From: Jimgerdemannia flammicorona
Lineage: Eukaryota
NCBI GenBank assembly: GCA_003990765.1
Contig: RBNJ01000150.1
Location: 1-39,144, forward strand
Length of the DNA stretch: 39,144 bases
Direction: 5' to 3'
The notes beneath the pieces are model-generated. The model ran no database searches. It saw nothing but the letters and a program-made list of their open reading frames with translations, and had not been told where the DNA came from. Shown in pieces: positions 33,001 through 39,144 of this stretch; the stretch's first letter is position 1, and each line of letters begins with the position of its first letter. A program made the position numbers and the translations under genes.

Positions 33001-35683
33001 ATGTGTGCTTATTCTGGTTCTTGTCTTTCTTATGCTCAAGTTTAGTAATTTTGGTAGCAGTATAGACTCCTCTTCCAGTAGATCCAAAGCCTTGTTCTTC
33101 TCTCTTAGTCTTGATGAGTTTGATGGCTTCAGTGATCTTGGGCTTCTTGATTTCATAGATCAGTATCTGACCAATTCTGTCATGCTTCTTGACTTTGAAT
33201 GGAGTGATGGGGTTGTGATTCCTGACTATGAGAAAGATCTTGCCAGTGTAATCAGAGTCAATTACTCCTCTTTAAACTGAGATTTTGCTTTTGGCCAGAC
33301 TGCTCCTGGTCTTGATAATTCTGGCATGGTTCTCTGGCAGCTTGACTCCAATTCTGGTGCCAAGTAGGGTGGTGGTCTGTGGTTCGAGGGTAGCATCTTG
33401 AATACTGACAAAGTCTATTCCTATAGCTCCTTCAGTCTTGTATTCTGGGATCTTATCTTTGGGGTAAAACTTCTTGACCTTGAGGGTGATGTCTGGTTCT
33501 TATTCCTCCTCATCATCACTATCAGCTTGCAGCTCTGGAGGCTGGTCATCTTCTTCAGCTTTCTTCTTTGCTTCAGCAGCTTCTTACTCATACTTCTATT
33601 GGTGGATTTTCCTGACTTCACTGATACAGGACCAGCAGTCATTCAGGTGTTCAGAGCAGTACATTCTAGTACTATAGGGGCATCTTCCTTGAGGGGCATT
33701 GCCATCAATGATCTTGTTGTACTACTGCTCATCTGTGAGCTTGGGTGTCTTATTCGTATTCTTGTTCACTGAGTGCATGAAGACTTCTGTGTCCTCTTCA
33801 TCTCCTTCCTCTATATCTGGTATAACTTATTTGTAGACATTGATAGAGACTCATACCTTCCTTTCTCTATAGTTGATCTGCATCTTCTGGGCATTACGAT
33901 CAATGATAGCCTTGGTCTTATGAAGCCATTAGTTGCTAATGAGGATGTCTTAGTTGGTAGTGCTTATAACAATCATATCTACTGAGATGGTAGCTCCTCC
34001 TATCTTGATGGGGACTTCTCAGATTTTGCCAAGAGGGGTAGCTCATATACTATCTGCTATGACATAGACTATCTTGGTGGACTCTTAAATGTTCCAGCCT
34101 AGGTGGTTAATTATCTTCTTGCTCATGAGACATCCTCCAGCACTGGTATCAATGATGGTATCAAAGATACAATCTTTGATCTGACATGGGGTATAGGCTG
34201 ATGTTTTGCACTAGTCTTCAGATTCTTCACCTAAGTCTTCAGATTCTTCTAGTGCATTATGAGCTTCTACAATCTTGTACTCTTGATTCTTGGCAGTAGT
34301 TGCAAGTCCTACTCTTAACTGCTGTCTGAAGACAGGGACTTTGGCTAGCTGTCCAAAAGTAGTATTGACCTTCTGTTCCTTGAGGTCCTTATAGATATCA
34401 TACTGGTGGATCTTGGTCTTTTGCAGCTTCTATTCCTTCTTGCTTTCACTTTCTCCTGAGACTGGAGTAGTGCCTTCAATGATTTGGTGAGCAGCTTTAT
34501 CTAACTCTATGTCTTGATCAATCTCCTCAGGTTGGGTCTTACTTTGAATAGTGATAGCTGGGGTCTTCTTCATTCTTCTAACTGGCTTACTGTTGCTCTT
34601 CTTGTCATAGGGCTTGGACTGGGTTCTGGTATCTTCAGTAGTAGGATAGAATTTGAGCTCTTCATAGTATTCTTCATCATCAGTGTAACCAATCTCCTCA
34701 ATGACTACTGTATTGATTTATTCACTAGTTCTGGTAGCATTACTTAGTTGGGCTTTGTGTCTTGTTTTGGTTATACAACTCTTTGTATAGTGGCCTTCTT
34801 CACCACATCTGAAGCATGTGATATTATATTCTTCTATAGCAGCTGAAGATCTCTGCACTGGTCTCATGTTGGTACTTTGGACTTCTCTAACAACATCACT
34901 AATGTGTGCAGTCATCTCAGCAAACTGCTTGGCAAGTTCCTCCACTGGGTCAGCTTTGGCTACCTTGGGAGTAGGTGAAGATGATTGTCTGTTTACACTG
35001 TAGTAGATATGATACTAGTTGGCTTTGATAGCTCCATCTTGATACCAGTTATTTTCTCCATTGAGTGTTCAGCAGAATATCTGGCAGTTCAATATCTCTG
35101 TGTAAAGACCACTTTCTGATCAAGGGTCAGTGCAGCTGGAGTAGACTAGATTTCTAGAGCAATTTCAGGATGAACTCTTTTGAGAAAGATTGAATCTGCT
35201 ATTTGTTCCTTGAGGTGGTCATTATAGCCAGCCAAGACAATCTGGTGGCAGATTTAGGTATAGAATGAGTTGGGATCTTCACTGAGTCTCTGGTAGATAG
35301 TATTGAGTTGATCCTTAAGAGCTTGCTTGATCTCTTCAGTATAGTATGTTGTTCTGAGAAAGGCCTTTATGTTGGCAAGTTTGGCTGCACCAGCATCAGC
35401 AATGGTGACTGCATTGAACTTATCTCTGGCAGGTCCTCTGAGGCTGACTGGTAGAAGGGCCAATTGTTTATCCATATTGAGAGCTCATATAGTAGTGAAT
35501 TGTTCAAAGTCTTCAATGAAGATCAGAATTGACTCTTCAGTAGTATATCTATAGAATGTAGAAGGACATATTTTTATCTTATCTTGAATTCTTGCAGGGT
35601 TGACTTTTGTAGTCAGGGTAGTTGTTGTAGTGGTTGTTCATTTTTCAGCTTAAAAGTGAGAAATTCATCAATGGGCACCAAGT

Positions 35684-37273
35684 TGTTATATAGTAGTTAC
35701 TGAGTCCTTCAAATATATCAGATTCTCTTCAAGGTAATCTCTTAGACTAACTTAAGTTTGTTATAAATAAGTTCTTATTGGAGTACCTTCTCAAGGTCTT
35801 ATAGTCCTCAAACTTCTTATCTTTAAACTATCTTGTTATCTCTTTAGATTGCTTGTAAGGAATTGTGTATATTATACTAAGTAGACTGATTTTATTTCAA
35901 AGGAAATAATAGAGATATTTATACAAAATATAATTCAATGGTTGCTAAGATATAAAGCTAAATATAAATTCCAATAACTAAATAAAATGCTGGAATACAG
36001 AAAACTGCTAAGTTCCAGTATCAGTACAGATGGTTACATAGGTTCAGGATGCTGGTATAATTTCAGTGATACAGAAAAAGAGTGCTGGAATAATTATAAG
36101 TCACACAAGGTCAGAATGCTAGTAGAGGAACAGCTGTTATATAGGAAAAGAATGCTGGCATAATTCAGTGTAACCAAGAGACTTTAGAGCAGAATATTCA
36201 GGACCATGGGGGCTTCATCCTTGTCATTGCTGAAGGAGATGAGATTCACAAATATTTTGATCTCATTGCATAGGTTGCTTGTTTCATATATATCATGTAG
36301 TTTGCATGTGTTGTGTGGGATGACATCATTGCTGATGACATCATCACATTCAGCAGTAGCAGAGAGAGTGAGAAGATCTGGAGCTCTCTAGTCTATAAGG
36401 TTCTCTTCTACAAAATAAGGAACAAATGTAGGGTCTTGGGGAGATCTAACCTGGATGCTTGGGCCTTAGAATACTGAGATCAATCCTTGTAGGAATTGAT
36501 CTGGGTTCTGGAGGATGGGATGCCAGAAGTGTTCTACTTTATCACTATTGAGGGTGATAGTGGACTGGACTTCTATAGCCACCCTGGCTTCTAGTATATT
36601 GATATAGCAAGCTGACAGATCTCTGAAGTCTGAGACTCTAACATACTCCAAGTTGGGGATCAACCATAGTGTATGCCTGAAGATCTTATGAATCTTCTTA
36701 GCTGTTCTTGCTTTATGTATATTCATGGGAGTGGCATCTTATAACTCTTGAAAGCTGGTCTGTGAGAACTCCCAGTAGAGAAGGTTTCTATTTTGTACTT
36801 CTACCACATTTGGAGATATTCAGTAGCAATAGTGATCCTTGTTTCTATTTTATAGTAGTAGAGAATAAAGTGATAAGGATCCCCAGTACCTAGGTTGAGA
36901 CTAGGAGTCCTTCTTGTGCAGATCCTCATGGCTCTTCTGATGTCTTGGAACATTCTTTCTTTGACTGAGATGTCTTGGTAGTTCCTTGATCTTGAGGTTT
37001 GATGAGCAGTAGGCATTTTGTTTATAGTAAGTCTTTGAGCTATTTTGGGATTGGTGGATCTTGTTGAGTTGCTGCTACTGCAGTTCCTTGATTCTTCTTT
37101 TATATTCCTCAAGATGCCTATACTGTGGTTACAATAACTCATAGTTAGTTATCAATACTCATTTCATAGCCTGAGTGAGTCATGCTATATGATCTTCTTG
37201 TACTCTGATCTGGTGGCTTATAAGGAATTGCTGTCTCTTGTATTGATATTATTATTCTGAGATCACTATTATA
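35684..37273 (-). repeat. 5' LTR of the inner gypsy element (1,590 bp)
   Basis: TGTTATA...TATTATA ends (transition-mutated TG...CA); followed on the minus strand after 3 nt by PBS-like TGGTGCCCATTG (35680 downward). Confidence 0.93.
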
Positions 37274-37527
37274 ATAATTAATTTCTATATTTACTCAGTA
37301 AAATTTAAAGAATATCTATACTATCTAGAAGAATTCTTCCAGCTCATCTATGAGAACTATCTGAGACTCAATACTAAGAAATACTATATTGAAAAACAGA
37401 AACTTGAATTTCTTAAATTTATAGTTTCTAAAGAAGGACTCTATATAGAGCTAAAGAAAACTAAAAGATCAACAATTGATCAGTACTCAAGACTCTAAAA
37501 GAAATACTGTCTTTTCTAATATTAGTA

Positions 37528-38514
37528 TAATATATTCCATAACTAAATCAATATTTATTAAATAGATTAGTTATCATTTAAGATTATATAAATTATTATA
37601 GTATTAAATATATATATAAGAATAATAGAAGAATAAATAAATACTATATAGCACAGACTAATATTAGGTGATTAGAAGTATATAGTATCCTCTAATAAAA
37701 CAAAAATCAATTATTTTATATTCTGTATATAATATAGACCTTCTTTGAATTTTAGTCAATAAATGTTATATAACTTATATTAAGTAATATTTCATATCTT
37801 TGATTCAATTTATAGTATCTTAGATATTTGAGATAATAATAATATACTATTTAAGTATTTATAGTTAGTTCAAAGTAGTTTTACAGTATTTTCAATTTGG
37901 AAAAGTTATATGATATCAATTGACTATAAAATTTGAAGATGACAGAAGAGGTAAATATTATATATAGAATTCAAAATAATTGATTTTTGTTTTATTATAG
38001 GATACTATATACTTCTAGTCACCTAATATCAGTCTGTTCTATACAGTATCTATTTATTCTTCTGTTATTCTTATATATATTTAATACTATAATAATTTAT
38101 ATAATCTCAAACTATAATTAATCTATTTAATAAATAAATTATAATTTATTATAAGTAGAAAGTATACTTAAGTAGTCTTCTTTGGAAAAAATATCATTAC
38201 TTTAATGTTTGAATTCAGTATATTTATATATATTTTAAAAGATAAACTAAATAAAATTTTAAAAAATAAATTATATAAGATTAGAGAGAAATATTAAAAA
38301 AAATAACTATAATAAGTTTTAAATATATATCTCAATTTATTATCTGTCTATTAAATAAAGAATATTTAAAAATAAAAAATTTAATATTTTTAAATATCTC
38401 TAATATAAAACTATAATATATTATAATATAAAATATTTTTATTTAGAGTATTTTTATTTAAATAATTAAAATATAAAATTTAATAAACCATTGCTTCAGT
38501 TTTAGAATATACTA
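37528..38514. mobile_element. Tc1/mariner-like non-autonomous element with internal long foldback
   Basis: TA duplication (37526-37527 and 38515-38516); ~33-bp degenerate TIRs (TAATATATTCCATAACTAAATCAAT vs reverse complement TAGTATATTCTAAAACTGAAGCAAT); internal inverted arms at about 37545-37740 and 37955-38140. Removing it restores the host frame SFLILVFYYRRFIK. Confidence 0.8.
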
Positions 38515-39144
38515 TATTCTACTATAGAAGATTTATTAAGAACTTTATCCAAATCACTACTCTAATTTGAATTCTTCCCAAGAAAGAAGTACTATACAAA
38601 TAGATAGAACTATAAGAACTAGTCTTCAGAGAACTCAAGTACTATATGACTATAGTATCAGTTCTTATATAACCCAATCTGTAAAAACTATTTATCATAT
38701 ATATAAATATCTCTAAAGATAAGAAGAACCTGACCAGTAATACTATATAATAGCTTATATAAGCTGAGCTATCAATTAGCAGTAAGTTAACTATAGTAGT
38801 ACTAAATTAGAACTTTTAAGCATTACTAAAATCAATTATACTATCAATCTATAGCTTCTAGAGATAGAAAGTAGATATTATTAGACTTCTGTTAGTTATA
38901 TATATATACTAAGAAGAAATAAATATATCTTAATATTTATAAAATATCTGACCAAATACCCTGAGGCTTTTCTAATGAAAATTGCTGATATCTTGATCAT
39001 TGTTGGCCTCTTCCATAGCCTTATACTCAGATATAAACTCTTAAAAGAACTAATTTCTGACTGAGTTACAGAATTTATTCATAAGTTATTTTCAAATTTA
39101 TAAGATCTACTTGAAACAGATTATATTATTACTTTTTTTTTTTT

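Larger units (their letters stand above)
28432..37273 (-). mobile_element. Full-length but mutated Ty3/gypsy LTR retrotransposon (8.84 kb)
   Basis: Two LTRs; 4-bp duplication ATAA (28428-28431 and 37274-37277); gag zinc knuckle CFRCGEEGHYTKSC (about 34780-34820); protease IIDTSAG (about 34150); RT VYVDD (about 32375) and LCIDYKKLN; RNase H FILQMDAS; integrase at about 31400-30400. Order PR-RT-RH-INT; many premature stops. Confidence 0.95.
22224..39144 (+). mobile_element. Old Ty3/gypsy LTR retrotransposon relic that hosts three nested insertions and runs off the window
   Basis: gag-like remnant at about 25210-25700; RT remnant SPWASS...TDYRKLNSVTEKDTYSLLRIDDLLD...KTAF...KMMNSV (about 28070-28431) resuming at 37274 (LRLNTKKY...LEFLKFIVSKEG; KTLKEILSFL) and at 38517 (YYRRFIKNF; LFIIYINIS resembling RNase H FxLxTDAS). 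The left boundary TGTCATA at 22224 is inferred from the onset of CpG loss. Confidence 0.8.

Noticed and set aside
32762..35554. Plus-strand hydrophobic ORFs resembling membrane proteins
   Set aside because: Antisense shadows of the A-rich gypsy gag-pol on the minus strand.

Overview
Eukaryotic, intron-containing DNA that looks fungal (a Mucoromycota/Endogonales-like origin is my inference only). A CpG-retaining gene island (about 8.2-22.2 kb) sits between two blocks of AT-rich, almost CpG-free, nested transposon relics. The left block holds a hAT transposase relic, a young hAT-type MITE, inverted minisatellite arms and a possible retro-insert. The right block holds a plus-strand Ty3/gypsy relic carrying three insertions: a non-LTR insert, a full-length minus-strand Ty3/gypsy element and a Tc1/mariner-like MITE. 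The island contains a decayed TSC10/KDSR-like gene and one large NLR-like gene (11262-19881, +). Spliced by hand, this gene gives one frame of about 2,100-2,146 aa: CHAT caspase-like protease, NB-ARC, possible degenerate small-GTPase fold, second NB-ARC, 3 SEL1 repeats, about 5 ankyrin repeats and about 19 NLRC3/RI-type LRRs. Eighteen LRRs are each encoded by an exact 84-nt phase-1 exon within a tandem array of near-identical intron-plus-exon units. A variable ligand-face codon is split across each intron, so any exon skipping or unequal crossover stays in frame and can create new residues. This is a candidate diversifying immune receptor. All calls are from reading the sequence by eye; no database searches were run.
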